Positions 18,152 through 34,018 of a DNA stretch of 64,000 bases are shown in pieces. Both the position numbers and the translations under genes were made by a program. The notes beneath the pieces are model-generated. The model was not told the DNA's origin and searched no databases. It saw only the letters and a list, made by a program, of their open reading frames with translations. Source of the DNA: the human T2T-CHM13v2.0 reference genome, Homo sapiens; NCBI RefSeq assembly GCF_009914755.1, contig NC_060943.1. One strand, 5' to 3'. Numbering within the stretch: position 1 is the first letter of the stretch; the number at the start of each line of letters is the position of its first letter.

Positions 18152-19073
18152 TGTAATAGGTCCATTGTCCAATGCACCCAGCAAGTCAATACACAGAGAC
18201 ATCAGGTTGCAGCAGAGAAAAAGGTTTAATGGTAAGGTCACAAAATGAGGAGATGGGAGGAAACCTCAAATCCATCTCCCTGAGGAATTTGGGGTTAGGG
18301 TTTTGGAGCAGGCTAAAGTGTGCAAATTGTTGGTGGATGGAAGAGTGCAGGGTGAACTCCTACTGCAGGGAGAGGAAGAAGCTGTGTTCTCATGCTTATC
18401 CCAATCCTTTGTGAGGTCTTCAAATTGGTTGCTAGAATTTCGGGTCTGAAAAACATCTTAAGCCATCCTTAACAAAAGCCTTATGAGTCTAATGTCAGAG
18501 ATCCTGTCTATAGGAGCAATGGGGTGCCAATGATCAGGATCTAGCACCACATGACTTTCAGCTACAAGGAAGTGGGCCAAAGTGCAGCCTGATTGATGCT
18601 TAATTATAACTATACTTCTGTCCATAACCAGACATGCAATTCTTGCCACCCCTGTGAGGATGGTGATATAGTTTGGCTCTGTGTCCCCACCCAAATCTCA
18701 TGGCTAATTGTAATCCCCATGTGTTGAAGGTGGGACCTGGTGGGAGGTGACTGGATCATGGGGCTGGTTTCTAATGGTTTAGCACCATCTCCTAGTGCTG
18801 TCTTGTGATAGCACTCTCACGAGATCTGGTTGTTTAAAAGGGCGTGGCAACTCCCCCATCAAGCTCTCTCTCTCTCTCCTGCCTCCATGTGAAGAAGGTT
18901 CTCGCTTCCCCTTTGCCTCCTGCCATGATTGTAAGTTTCCTGAGGCCTCCCAGCCATGCTTCCTGGTAAGCCAGCAGAACTGTGAGCCAATTAAACCTCT
19001 TTTCTTCATAAATTACCCAGTCTCGGGTAGCTCTTCATAGCAGTGTGAGAACAGACTAATACAGATGGTTTAA
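18152..19073 (-). mobile_element. MER4-group ERV1 LTR (subfamily uncertain) with an MSTA-type LTR inserted near one end
   Basis: gttgcagcagagaaaaaggtttaat...gagatgggaggaaacctcaaatccatctccc resembles MER4-group LTRs in reverse orientation. Confidence 0.6.
18664..19063 (+). mobile_element. MSTA-type MaLR solo LTR
   Basis: tgatatagtttggctctgtgtccccacccaaatctc...gactaataca; exact 5-bp TSD gatgg. Confidence 0.9.
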
Positions 19074-19346
19074 ATAATTTCTCAGAAATGTTACTAAATC
19101 GTATCAGTCCATTTCAAGCCAATAGAAGAAGTTCCTGCCTTCAAATCCAAATCCATCTCATTCATAAACAGCATATTTTAATCTATCTGTTTTTGAAATC
19201 TCCCTCTTATTCAATTAATTTCCCTGGCCTCTCTGATATAAACACAGCAGAATGTCCACAAAGCATAGATTCAAAGTAATACTTCATTTCTCACCCAAAA
19301 ACATACAAAAAATAAAAAGTTTGCAGTGTGATTTGTTGTGTCTTCT

Positions 19347-21303
19347 TTTTTTTTTTTTTTTTTAATTTATTTTTTTATTGATAATTCTTGGGTGTTTCTC
19401 ACAGAGGGGGATTTGGCAGGGTCATGGGACATTAGTGGAGGGAAGGTCAGCAGATAAACAAGTGAACAAAGGTCTCTGGTTTTCCTAGGCAGAGGACCCT
19501 GCGGCCTTCCGCAGTGTTTGTGTCCCTGATTACTTGAGATTAGGGATTGGTGATGACTCTTAACGAGCATGCTGCCTTCAAGCATCTGTTTAACAAAGCA
19601 CATCTTGCACCGCCCTTAATCCATTTAACCCTGAGTGGACACAGCACATGTTTCAGAGAGCACAGGGTTGGGGGTAAGGTCACAGATCAACAGGATCCCA
19701 AGGCAGAGGAATTTTTCTTAGTGCAGAACAAAATGAAAAGTCTCCCATGTCTACTTCTTTCTACACAGACACGGCAACCATCCGATTTCTCAATCTTTTC
19801 CCCACCTTTCCCGCCTTTCTATTCCACAAAGCCGCCATTGTCATCCTGGCCCGTTCTCAATGAGCTGTTGGGCACACCTCCCAGACGGGGTGGTGGCCGG
19901 GCAGAGGGGCTCCTCACTTCCCAGTAGGGGCGGCCGGGCAGAGGCGCCCCTCACCTCCCGGACGGGGCGGCTGGCCGGGCGGGGGGCCGACCCCCCCACC
20001 TCCCTCCCGGACGGGGCGGCTGGCCGGGCAGAGGCGCCCCTCACTTCCCAGACGGGGCGGCTGGCCGGGCAGAGGGCTGACCCCCCCACCTCCCTCCCGG
20101 ACGGGGCGGTTGGCCAGGCGGGGGGCTGACCCCCCACCTCCCTCCCGGACGGGGCGGCTGGCCGGGCTGAGGGGCTCCTCACTTCCCAGTAGGGGCGGCC
20201 GGGCAGAGGCGCCCCTCACCTCCCGGACGGGGCGGCTGGCCGGGCGGGGGGCTGACCCCCCCACCTCCCTCCTGGATGGCACGGCTGGCCGGGCGGGGGC
20301 GCTGACCCCCCACCTCCCTCCCGGATGGGGCGGCTGGCCGGGTGGGGGGCTGACCCCCCCCACCCTCCCTCCCGGACGGGGTGGCTGCCGGGCGGAGACG
20401 CTCCTCACTTCCCAGATGGGGTGGCTGCTGGGCGGAGAGGCTCCTCACTTCTCAGACGGGGCAGCTGCCGGGCGGAGGGGCTCCTCACTTCTCAGACGGG
20501 GTGGTTGCCAGGCAGAGGGTCTCCTCACTTCTCAGACGGGGCGGCTGGGCAGAGACGCTCCTCACCTCCCAGACGGGGTCTCGGCCGGGCAGAGGCGCTC
20601 CTCACATCCCAGATGGGGCGGCGGGGCAGAGGCGCTCCCCACATCTCAGACGATGGGCGGCCGGGCAGAGACGCTCCTCACTTCCTAGATGTGATGGCGG
20701 CTGGGAAGAGGCACTCCTCACTTCCTAGATGGGATGGCGGCCGGGCGGAGACGCTCCTCACTTTCCAGACTGGGCAGCCAGGCAGAGGGGCTCCTCACAT
20801 CCCAGACGATGGGCGGCCAGGCAGAGACGCACCTCACTTCCCAGACGGGGTGGCGGCCGGGCAGAGGCTGCAATCTCGGCACTTTGGGAGGCCAAGGCAG
20901 GCGGCTGGGAGGTGTAGGTTGTAGTGAGCCGAGATCACGCCACTGCACTCCAGCCTGGGCACCATTGAGCACTGAGTGAACGAGACTCCGTCTGCAAACC
21001 CGGCACCTCAGGAGGCCGAGGTTGGCAGATCACTCGCGGTTAGGGGCTGGAGACTGGCCCGGCCAACACAGCGAAACCCCGTCTCCACCAAAACCAGTCA
21101 GGCGTGGCGGCGCGTGCCTGCAATCGCAGGCACTCGGCAGGCTGAGGCAGGAGAATCAGGCAGGGAGGTTGCAGTGAGCCGAGATGGCAGCAGTACAGTC
21201 CAGCTTCGGCTCCGCATGAGAGGGAGACGGTGGGGAGAGGGAGAGGGAGAGGGAGAGGGAGAGGGAGAGGGAGAGGGAGACGGAGAGGGAGAGGGAGAGG
21301 GAC
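19347..21303 (-). mobile_element. Full-length SVA retrotransposon (probably a young subfamily, E/F-like)
   Basis: On the minus strand: (CCCTCT)n hexamer at ~21233-21301, Alu-like region, GC-rich VNTR at ~19880-20860, SINE-R, and poly-A at ~19347-19363. 10-bp TSD tgtgtcttct at 19337-19346 and 21304-21313. Confidence 0.97.
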
Positions 21304-21400
21304 TGTGTCTTCTAATAATATGCAACATAACAACAAAAAAAAAGCCCAACTAGCAGAATTTAATGTTACCCAATAAATGGGTAATCTAATGGCAATTTAA

Positions 21401-21719
<319 letters not shown>

Positions 21720-22177
21720 ATTCCTTACACTTTAAGTGAAATCTTTTAGCTCATTGAAACAGCAAATTGAAGTTACCCCTTAAAAAACCACAAAACAGTT
21801 GAGATCACTTGCTGCTAATCCTGATGTTTGGCCTAGAATAGGTGATCAATTCCCAATTTAAAAGTACAGGCAAATAATTAATAAAGAAATTTAAAAACTA
21901 CAGGCTGTGTAATGAATTTAACTACAGCAAGACACTGACCTCAAGGGCAGTATTATTGTAACTATTTTTAAGAATTACAACACAGAGCTCATTATGTGTC
22001 AGTCACATTTCAACTTACAAAATAGCTAACAATGGATTTGACATTAACTTTATAATAAATTTAATCATCATCCCTACAGACAAGGATCTAATTTTACTGC
22101 ATGTAAAGGGAAAATATACATTGCCATTCTCCTAAAGACCTGATGAGTTATGAGTCTTAAATTTAAATTTGTTTTAG

Positions 22178-22660
<483 letters not shown>

Positions 22661-24116
22661 TAAGGCTCCACCTTCAATGCTCCCTGGTCCACAATTTCTC
22701 AAACTAGATGCTTTCACTGATAAGTTTTCTGGCATTCTCTTTATTCTACATTTGTTCCTTGAGCTCCTGAGAACAGGAACCAGATTTTACTTCACATTGG
22801 GTCGTGCCATGCCTTCCCAACACTGACAGTTTGGAAAAAGCAGATTCTCAACAGATTACTATTGGGGACCCTTTAAGCCAATGTGCCAATTCATCAAATT
22901 AGTTTGGTTTTTCTACCCAAGCAGAACTCACACTTCTACAATATATGTTTCTTCACTAAAGAATAAAGAGCCGGTTAAGAGAATTCATTTCTTTGGCCCT
23001 AAAAGCAGGCACAATGATAACTTAAACTGTTAAGAGAAATAAATCCACAGCCCTAAGCCTTGCTGTTCCTATTATAAGAGCTAAAAACCTAAGCTGTCGC
23101 CCTCAGTACCTGCCAAAGCTTCCAACTGGGCCCTGATTTGTGAAGAGCAAAGGCCTTACAGGCGTCTTGTGTGGAAGTCACCAGGTCTTCCCTACCAGCG
23201 GGGAGAAATATCTAAGCCAGCCATCCATGGCTGGGTGTTTAAATGATAAAGAAAAAAAAAAAAGAAGAACATTTTGAAAAAATCAAGTGACCAAAACTTG
23301 AGAGAATATTATGAGAATATCAAACACAATGGAGCTATTTTAAAAGAAAGCAGAAATCTGGAATAATGAAATCGGCAAGAAGAAAACACTAAGAGCAAAA
23401 ATACATTTATACATAAGACAACTATTTTTCAAAATTCTTGCTCGGCTTTGGATGTTCTGTTTGCCTCCCAGCTACAAACACATTCTTCACACACGCTGGG
23501 AATGCTGCTGAAAACTAGTCAGCATTCAGAGGCTTAATCCACAGTCCCGGCGCTGTGCCTGTGGGCTTCATCGTCAGACAGCCATTTGTCCTCAGGAGAG
23601 GTTAGGGGTTGAAATGCAAATATGCAAACAACTGAGTTCTTGCCCTAAAATAGCTGAGAAAAGCATGATCCCTTATGCTATCTTTTAAAAATGGAAAAAG
23701 AAGAAAAAAAGCTTACAATCTTAAGGATTTGTTTAAATACCTTAGTATGTTGCAATTTTGAAGGAGAAAATGATGGAAAGGAAGAAACACACTTGTCCTG
23801 GGTAAAATCTATAATCTGGAGAAAAGGTTGACATACGTGTGACACTTGATTTACCAGACCCACTAAAGATTTATTGATTTATCAATCACTGCCTCAGGCA
23901 CTTGATTTCCCCCAAGGGAGAATTAACAATTCCCGCCAACTGATGGATTCTATTGTGAACTAAAATGAATGCAAGAATCTATCCTCTCCCTGTGCACAAC
24001 CTCCAATTACCAAACAAACAAAAAAAAAGTGTATCTCTCTGTTTGGGGAATCCTTAAAATCCTTAAAATTAAAAATTATTTAACAAAAGAAATACTGTAT
24101 TAAGTAATTGTCACTG

Positions 24117-24409
<293 letters not shown>

Positions 24410-25033
24410 TCACCCTTGATGCCAATAGACATTTTTAAAGGATGACTTTAACAAGCTCTAAAGGAGATACGGGCATCACAGAAATGTGATTTCATAACGT
24501 GGATAGGAACATGATCTTTTATGTTAAATTACCAGGATTGACTGTAGCCTCCACCACTTACGAGATGTGTTATCTTGGGCTTCTTTAAGCCTCAGTTTCA
24601 CCATCTATAAAATGAGGAGATACACTTGTCCTTAGGAAAATGAGTAGTGAGGATGAATAGAATGCATCTGGCCTAGCCTCTGACATGCAGTCAGCCTTCC
24701 ATCTGGCAGTTCCATTCCCATTACTGTCACTCTAAAATCATATGAAGTATAACACTATGGAAGGCCACACAGACAGGCTCCAGGGCTGAAACAGTTCACA
24801 GAGTATGACAAAGCGCCCTTAACGCTTTTGCAAGGCTCCTTCAGTGTCAACTAAGTGACAGCTTGAAAAGATGTACTTATTAACTAATATATGGATTAAG
24901 CTTTCTTTAATATTACCCACTAATCAGAAAATCTAAATCTATCAGAAGATTCTAAAGCAAATATGAGTAAACTATAGCCTGGGTGTCAAATCTGTTCTAC
25001 CACCTATTTTTGTAAATAAAATATTATTGAAAG

Positions 25034-25913
25034 TGTAGGGGCAGAAAGGGGGTAATCCCCTGTAACAAAAGGCAGGTTAACAATAGAAAAGTATAACAAA
25101 TTTTTTACATGCACACTTATGCAGGGATGTCACAGAAAATATGAAAACTCAAAGAGCCCAGTGAGTGATTATTATTATTATTATTTTTATTTTTAGACAG
25201 GATCTCACTCTATTGCCCAGGCTGGAGTGTAGTGGTGCCATCTAGGCTCACTGCAGCCTCGCTCTCCTGGACTCCAGCAATCCTCCTCCCACCTCAGCCT
25301 CCAGAGTAGCTGGGACTACAGGCATGTGCCACCACGCCTGGATAATTTTTGTTGTTGTTGCAGAGATGGAGTTTTGCCATGTTGCCAAGGCTGGTCTTGA
25401 ACTCCTGAGCTCAAGTGATCCACCTGCCTTGACCTCCCAAAGTGCTGGGATTACAGGAGTGAGCCACAGTTGAGTGGAATTTTTACGCTATCCTGAGGCT
25501 ACAGAAAGAATAAGGGGCTTGGGGCTTCCAGAAGAGGTAGCACACAGGTTATGGGAAAAGGAAAGAAGGAAAATTTGTCAAAGTGGTCTTGTCATGCAAA
25601 TGAAGCATCACAGGTAGCAGCTCTCAGAAAGAATAGAAGTGGACTGTGGCAAAGTTTCTCTGACAAACCTTTAAACGTGTTAGGCTCTTAGTCTGTTTTT
25701 CCTGTGAGCTCATCTTTCCTAGATCTGGAGAAGAGGGTGCTCAGAGAAAGCCTGGCTGCTTATTTCACTAATGTAGATTTTCTCTACAGATGCAAATCTC
25801 CTCCACCAAAGACAGCTTTTCAGGGCTATTCTTGTCTGCAGTTTCTCTGAATAATTATCTCAAAATATGCCAAAGAAGTCTATTTTTGGGGTGAAATATT
25901 CTGGTTTCCTTCA
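25034..25913 (-). mobile_element. MER39/MER34-like ERV1 LTR, split by an Alu, inside MER58
   Basis: Reverse-strand start tgaaggaaaccagaatatttcaccccaaaaata; TG...CA ends. Confidence 0.65.
25168..25468 (-). mobile_element. Alu (J-type)
   Basis: Dimeric Alu inside an LTR. Confidence 0.88.
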
Positions 25914-25995
25914 GAACACATTCCTATATTGTTTATGGCTGTTTGGGTCCTACAATGACAGAGTTGAGTAGCTGTGACCGAAGCCATATGGCCCA

Positions 25996-26758
25996 CTGTT
26001 CTCCCCACAGTGAGTGGTGAGGGATGGTGAGGGACAGGAGGCTTTATGCAGACCTCAGGAGAAACTTTTGAAAGGATTGACTCTTACCATTTTGTTGCTG
26101 ACAGTTCCCTGGGGTGAGAACACAGCAACGCCCTGCAGGGCCACCCCAAGGAAGCAAGCACCAGAGACGGCAGCAGGGAAGGAAAGGGTTAGGCAGGACA
26201 AGCAGGTTTAGGATTGGCCAATTTTCATGATTTCAGCAAGCTCTGGGGCTTAGGAGCTATCCCTATCAGATATCAGATATCTGGCTCTGGGCAATTAGGG
26301 CAGGTGCATAGTGGCCTAAAGCATGAGAGGTGAGGCAGTTTGGGGTGTAGACTTTGTTTGTTTGTTTATGTGTGACAGGATCTCCCTCTATCACCGAGGC
26401 TGGAACGCAGTGACACAATCTTGGCTCCCTGTAACCTTAACCTTCCAGAGTCAGGTGGTCCTCCCACCTCAGCCTCCCAAGTAGTTGGGACTACAGGCAT
26501 GCACCATCACACCCAGCTAATTTCCTTGTATTTTTTGTAGAGACAGGGTTTCGCTATGTTGCCCGGGCTGGTGTTGACCTCCTAGGCTCAAGCAATCTGC
26601 CTGCCTCAGTCTCCCAAAGTGCCAGGATTACAGGCGTGAGCCACGGTGCCCAGCCAAGAAGTATGACTTAACCAGCTGCCTAAGAAGGGGATGTGACCAG
26701 CCTCTAGCCAAGGTCTCAAAACTGTGTCAAGGCAGCATTTTTTTAAAAACATATTTCA
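25996..26758. mobile_element. ERVL-type LTR (MER74-like, uncertain), split by an Alu
   Basis: TG...CA-bounded insert in MER58; gcaggtttaggattggccaattt motif. Confidence 0.4.
26352..26655 (-). mobile_element. Alu (J-type)
   Basis: Dimeric Alu. Confidence 0.88.
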
Positions 26759-27189
26759 CCCGCGAAGCCAAAATTGTTTACTGTTTGCTGACCCATGGTC
26801 CATAAACGAAGTCTAGATATCTGGTTCCAGTTGGAAGTCACAACCCACATCTTAAATGTGCTTTCCACAAATGTTTATGGTGATAACTCACCACAAATGT
26901 TTATGGAGATAACTCAGGGAATATAAAATAGGTTAAATTTTCCCACATTGAGAATGAATGAAACATGTCCTAGAAGTCACGGGGTCGGTTCTCAGCCCCA
27001 GTCTCAGTCCTGCAGGTCATGGCAAGCCCCACAACTCAGTGGCAGTTCCCAACAGGCCAGGGGTGAGCAGAGTCTATACTGTGGATGTCACCATGGCAAT
27101 GGAGCCCAGTGGTCCGAAGTCAGACAAGCCCATGTTCAAATGTTAGTTCTACCACTTATCAACAGCATGATCTTGAGCAAGTTACCTAT

Positions 27190-28120
27190 ATTGGTTATCT
27201 GCTGATGCATAACACACTATGCCAAAACCTAGTAGCTTAAATAATTGTCATTTAACATCTCCTGCAATGTCTAAGGATCAGGAATCCTGGGGCAGCTTAG
27301 CTGGGTGGCTTGGGCTCAGAGTCTCTCAGAAGGTTGTAGTCAAGGTGCCAGCCAGGGCTACCACCAACCATCTGAAGGCTCAAATGGGGTTAAAGAATCC
27401 ACTTCCAAGTTCATGCATGGGTAGTTAGCAGGTGATAGGGTTTGGCTGTGTCCCCACCCAAATCTCATCTTGAATTGTAGCTCCCATAATCCCCACGTGT
27501 TGTGGGAGGGACACAGTGGGAGGTAATTGAATCATAGAGGTGGGTCTTTCCCTTGCTGTTCTCATGGTGGTGAATAAGTCACATGAGATCTGATGGTTTT
27601 ATAAACAGGAGTTCCCCTGCACAAGCTCTCTCTTGCCTGCCGCCATGTAAGACATGCCTTGCTTCCCCTTTGCCCTCTGCCATGATTGTGAGGCCTCCCC
27701 AGCCATGTGAAACTGTGAGTCAATTAAACTTCTTTCCTTCATAAATTACCCAGTCTTGCGTATGTCTTTATTAGCAGCATGAGAACAGACTAATACAGCA
27801 GGTCTCAATGCCTCACTGGCTGTTAGGCAGAGGTCTCTGTTTCTTATCCCATGGGTCGCTCCATGGGCTGCTTGAGTATGCTCTCAATATGGCAGCTGAC
27901 ATTCCATAGGACAAGTGATCTGAGGGAGAGAGAGAGAGAGCACGCAAGACAAGACAGTGCTCAAGAAGGAAGCCAGTCTTTTATGCCTAATCTCATAAGA
28001 AGGACAGCCTCACTTCTGCTGTATGTAATTGGTCCCACAGGTTAACCCTGGTACAAGATGGGAGGGGACTACATGAGTATGTGAATACCAGGAGGTGGGG
28101 ATCATTGTGGGGGGCTGGCT
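27190..28120 (-). mobile_element. Older MLT1-type LTR hosting the THE1 insertion
   Basis: tagtagcttaaa...ggatcaggaatcctggggcagcttagctgggtgg, characteristic of MLT1 in reverse orientation. Confidence 0.65.
27433..27797 (+). mobile_element. THE1-type MaLR solo LTR
   Basis: ggctgtgtccccacccaaatctcatcttgaattgtagctcccataat...gactaataca; exact 5-bp TSD gcagg. Confidence 0.9.
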
Positions 28121-28150
28121 GTGCATTACCTTTATTTAAGCTTCAGGTCA

Positions 28151-28707
<557 letters not shown>

Positions 28708-29320
28708 TCAGTGAAGCATTCTGTAAATGCTTGCAATTATTATCTACCTCACTGTGGCCACTCCTGCCACTACCACTTCCATAATAATAACAAAAGGGTA
28801 AGGGGAACCCTTCCGCATCACAGGGAAGTTTCCTGTCCTTGGCCACTTCTGGGTGAGCTCTCTTTCCGCTTTACAAGGGCAACCGTAACTGTCTGAAAAA
28901 ATAAACCTCCAACAAATTCAAACTAGTCTCTTTTTCTCTCACCTTGACCTAAAATCTTTGAAACAGACACCCACATAACTCCTCTAGAAAGGCAAACCCA
29001 AAAATTGTCAGAGTAAAAAATTCAATGACTTAAGATAAAGGGGATTATTTCCTTAGAAATAAACTCATTTAAGAAATTGTAGAAACTTCAGACATATCAA
29101 TTTCAATATTCAAGGACATCACTCATTCAACAAATATTTACTGGGCATGTGTTATACATCAGGCATGGCTCTAGGAGCTGTATAAACAACCTGGAATTTA
29201 ACAGATGAAATCTCTGCCCTTAGAAATTTGCAGGCTAGTGGGAAATAAACAAATAGGTTTTAAAAAAATAAAAAATAGAGTATGTTAGCTGGTATTGAGT
29301 TAGAAGCTGGTAATGAGTTA

Positions 29321-29470
<150 letters not shown>

Positions 29471-30081
29471 CTAATTAAGTAATTAATTAAAGATGGAAAG
29501 TGGATGGGATGATGTTAAAATTATCAATAGATGATCAAAAAAAGTTTCACTGTCATTTGCACAAAATCCAAAAGGAGGTGACAAGATGAGCCATGAGGAT
29601 ATGTCCTGAAAGGGTCAAGTGCTTGGCCTTCAGAGAAGAGCAAGTAGGCCAATGTGTCTGGAGTCCAATAAGGCTAGGGTAGAAATGGTGGCAGAGAAAG
29701 TTAGAGAAGTAGATTGGGGGATGCAGAATCAAGCGCAGTCTTGTAGGCTGTTGTAAGGACTTGGACTGGGTCCTTACAACAAAGAGGCACCATTGGCAAA
29801 AGAGGCACCATTGGGTTTTGAGCAGAAATGTGACATAATGTGATTTACGTTCTAAAAGCATTACTCTTAGACAACTAAGGGGAGTGAGGACAGAGGCAGA
29901 GAGAGCCATCAGGAGGCCACTATGAAAATCCAAGTGAGGAATCATGGCAGCTTGAAAAGGATGGCAAGACAGAAGTTGTGAACCTTGGTCAGGTTCTGGA
30001 TTTGAGTGGGAGAGTCCAGAGTCTGTTAATGAAGTCTATGTGAGCTGTGTGGTAAAGAGAAGAGTCGCGAATAGCTTTGAA

Positions 30082-30393
30082 TTTTTTGTTTGCTTGTTTG
30101 TTTTTTGAGACAGTCTTGCTCTTTCTTCTAGGCTGTAGTGCAATGGCATAATCACGGTTCACTGCAGCCTCGACCTCCCTGGCTCAAGCAGTCCTCCCAC
30201 CTTAACCTCCCAGGTAGCTGAGACTACAGGCATGTGCCACCACGCCTGGCTAATTTTTATTTTTTGTATTTTTTGTGGAGACAGAGCTTCACTGTGCTGC
30301 CCAGGCTGATATCGAACTCCTGGGCTCAAGCGATCCTCTGACCTTGGCCTCCCAAAGTGCTGGAGTTGCAGATGTGAGCTGCCACACCCGGCT
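30082..30393 (-). mobile_element. Alu (J-type)
   Basis: Dimeric Alu. Confidence 0.88.
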
Positions 30394-30737
30394 GCTTTGA
30401 AGTTTTTGACCTGAGCAGCTTAAAGAATGCAGTTGCCATGTACAGAGATATAAAGAGGTATGGAAAGAGCAATGTGGTTGCCTCAGGAGTACAGTGTGGG
30501 ACATACTGAGTTTGAGATAAGATAACCGTGGGACATCCAAGTGGGATGTAAGGAGACAAGTGATAGACAAGTCTGGAGCTCAGGGGAGAAGTCTGAACAG
30601 GGGATATAAAGTTGAAGTTTCCATGATTTGAGAAGATATTTCCATCATTAGAAATGATAGTTAAAGTCTTGAGGCTAGGAGTAAGTGCAGACAGAGAAAA
30701 GACCTAAGATCTAAGCCCTGGGGCACTCCAGCATTTA

Positions 30738-31418
<681 letters not shown>

Positions 31419-31861
31419 TCACTCATGATCCACATAAGCTAATGGGAATATTCCAGTAGAGAAGGAAATATCCGTTGATGGTGCAGGAAAGAAAAGAGGG
31501 AATTGCTTCAGTGGGTCCTTGAGAAGGCAAGAGGGGAAAGGATCTGGCGCCTGGTCAGGGGCGGGCCTCAGACAAGAGCCAGAAAGTCCATCTACAGTAA
31601 CAGGAGCAGCGTGCCTGGGCACAAAGGCAGGAACATGGATAGATGTGTCCCACCATGCTCCGGCCCTCCCTGCTGCACTGCTGATCAGGCAGGTTGTAAT
31701 TACCACCCTGTGTGTCTGCCTGTGTCTCCAAGACCTATGAGAGAGAAAGACCATGTAGGTCAACATCGCACTTTCAGTGCCCAGGACAAAGCCTGGTGCA
31801 GAGCAAGCACTCAACAAGTATGGTGAATGGCTCCTTGCAAAACGAGACAATATCGATCTTA

Positions 31862-32441
<580 letters not shown>

Positions 32442-32723
32442 TTAACAAATGCTGTCAATACAACCTGATACAATAATACAAATATTCAGGAAAAATAATG
32501 TTTGCTATGTCATATGACACACAAAAATGAATCACCAGCCGGGCATGGTGGCTCACGCCTGTAATCCCACCAATTTGGGAGGCCGAGGATCACTTAAGGG
32601 CAAGAGTTCAAGACCAGCCTGGTCAACATGGTGAAACCCCCACCCCCAACCCATCTGTACTAAAAATACAAAAATTAGCTGGATGTGGTGGTGGGATTAC
32701 AGGCATGAGCCACCACGCCCAAC

Positions 32724-33116
32724 CAGAAAGTGGTTTCTTGAGATGGAATCTGCTCCTGGTGAAGATGCTATGAACATTGTTGAAATGACGGCAAAGGATT
32801 TCAAATATTCCATAAACATAGTTGATAAAAAGGTGGTAGTGTTTGAGAGGATCAACTCTAACTTTGAAAGAAGCACTATATGCAATGATATCACACAGCA
32901 CTGCATGCTACAGAGAAATATTTTGTGAAGAAGCCCATCGGTGTGGCAAATTTTATTGTCTTATTTTAAGAAATTGTCACCCCAGCCTTGCAACAACTGC
33001 CCTGATCAGTCAGCAACCATCAATATCAAGGCACGACCCTCCACCAGCAAAAAGATTATGACTCGCAGAAGGCTCAGAGAGATGGTTAGCATTTTCTAGC
33101 AATAAAGTATTTTTAC
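32724..33116 (+). mobile_element. Tigger1 fragment (target of the RPS4X retrocopy; continues briefly to ~34047)
   Basis: gagatggaatctgctcctggtgaagatgct...ccctccaccagcaaaaagattatgactcgc matches the Tigger1 transposase 3' end. Confidence 0.8.
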
Positions 33117-34018
33117 TTATTTTTTTAATCATGCCATATTATTTTAAATTACATACGAAGATCTAACATGTCACCCACAGACCATTTCATCCACTGCTCT
33201 GTTTGGCTGCAGTCTCTTGTCTCTCCCTTCAGCAATGGTGAAGCGGATACCCTTTCCTCGGGGAAGAGAAATACATGGTTTGTTGCCCTTGTCAATAACA
33301 AAAATGATGGAAAAGCTGTTGCTGTTGGCATCTTTCACGTGAATCGTGTCAAAAGATCCAGGGTGCCTCTCTCTATTGGTGATCACACCAATTCTTCCCC
33401 AGTTAGCACCTCCAGTCACCAAACACAGGTTACCAGTGTCGAACTTCAAAGCAGTGATGTTGCCAGTCTCCAAATCAATCTGAATGGTGTCGTTCACTTT
33501 AATGAGGGAATCAGGGTGGCGGATAGTGTGAGCATCGTGAATCACCAGGTGAGGGGTTCCTTTTGTGCACACAAAGATTTTTCTCATTTTGCATAACTTG
33601 TACTTGACTTCCTCAGGTGTAACACGATGTACAGCAAAGCGACAATTGATGCCATAGATCAGACGGAAACCCTCTCCCGTCTTGTCAATGCTGATGACAT
33701 CCATAAATCCAGTAGGGTAGGTTATATCAGTTCGAACCTTGCCATCTACCTTAATGAACCACTGCATGCAAATCTTCTTCACTTCATCTCCTGTCAGGGC
33801 ATATTTAAGTCTGTTCCTCAGGAAAATATGAGGGAGACACTCTCTCAGCTTTTGGGGACCAGTGGATGGACGAGCAGCAAACACACCAGTCAATTTATCC
33901 AGCATCCAACGTTGTGGAGCTGCTACCCGCTTCAGATGCTGCTTGGGACCGGAAGCCACAGCTGTAATAGGCACAGAAAGAGGACCTCCCATCTTCTATG
34001 CACATAGAAACTGGGAAC
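33117..34018 (-). pseudogene. RPS4XP: Processed retrocopy of 40S ribosomal protein S4, X isoform (RPS4X pseudogene), with an open 273-codon frame at 33171-33992
   Basis: Intronless translation matches RPS4X ([56 protein letters not shown]) and has X-type residues ([22 protein letters not shown]). Also present: the TOP-like 5'UTR ggtcctctttc, the 3'UTR, a degenerate A-tail at ~33117-33126, and an exact 17-bp TSD caataaagtatttttac at 33100-33116 and 34019-34035. Pseudogene number not determined. Confidence 0.95.

Larger units (their letters stand above)
24960..26800 (+). mobile_element. MER58A-type hAT element fragmented by two LTR insertions
   Basis: ttttgtaaataaaatattattgaa...acagagttgagtagctgtgac...atatggcccac...aagccaaaattgtttact...gctgaccc. 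Confidence 0.6.

Noticed and set aside
19547-21353. Many long GC-rich overlapping ORFs (up to 199 aa) and a CpG-island-like signal
   Set aside because: Entirely explained by the SVA VNTR, hexamer and SINE-R; not a gene or a native promoter.
26864-26916. 26-bp tandem duplication (similar short ones at ~2860 and ~29780)
   Set aside because: Ordinary slippage duplications with no sign of function.
33171-33992. Functional RPS4X or RPS4Y locus
   Set aside because: Intronless, bounded by TSDs, A-tailed, ancestral ATG lost; residues are X-type rather than Y-type.
33168-34007. Plus-strand ORFs of 142 and 126 aa
   Set aside because: Antisense shadows of the RPS4X retrocopy.
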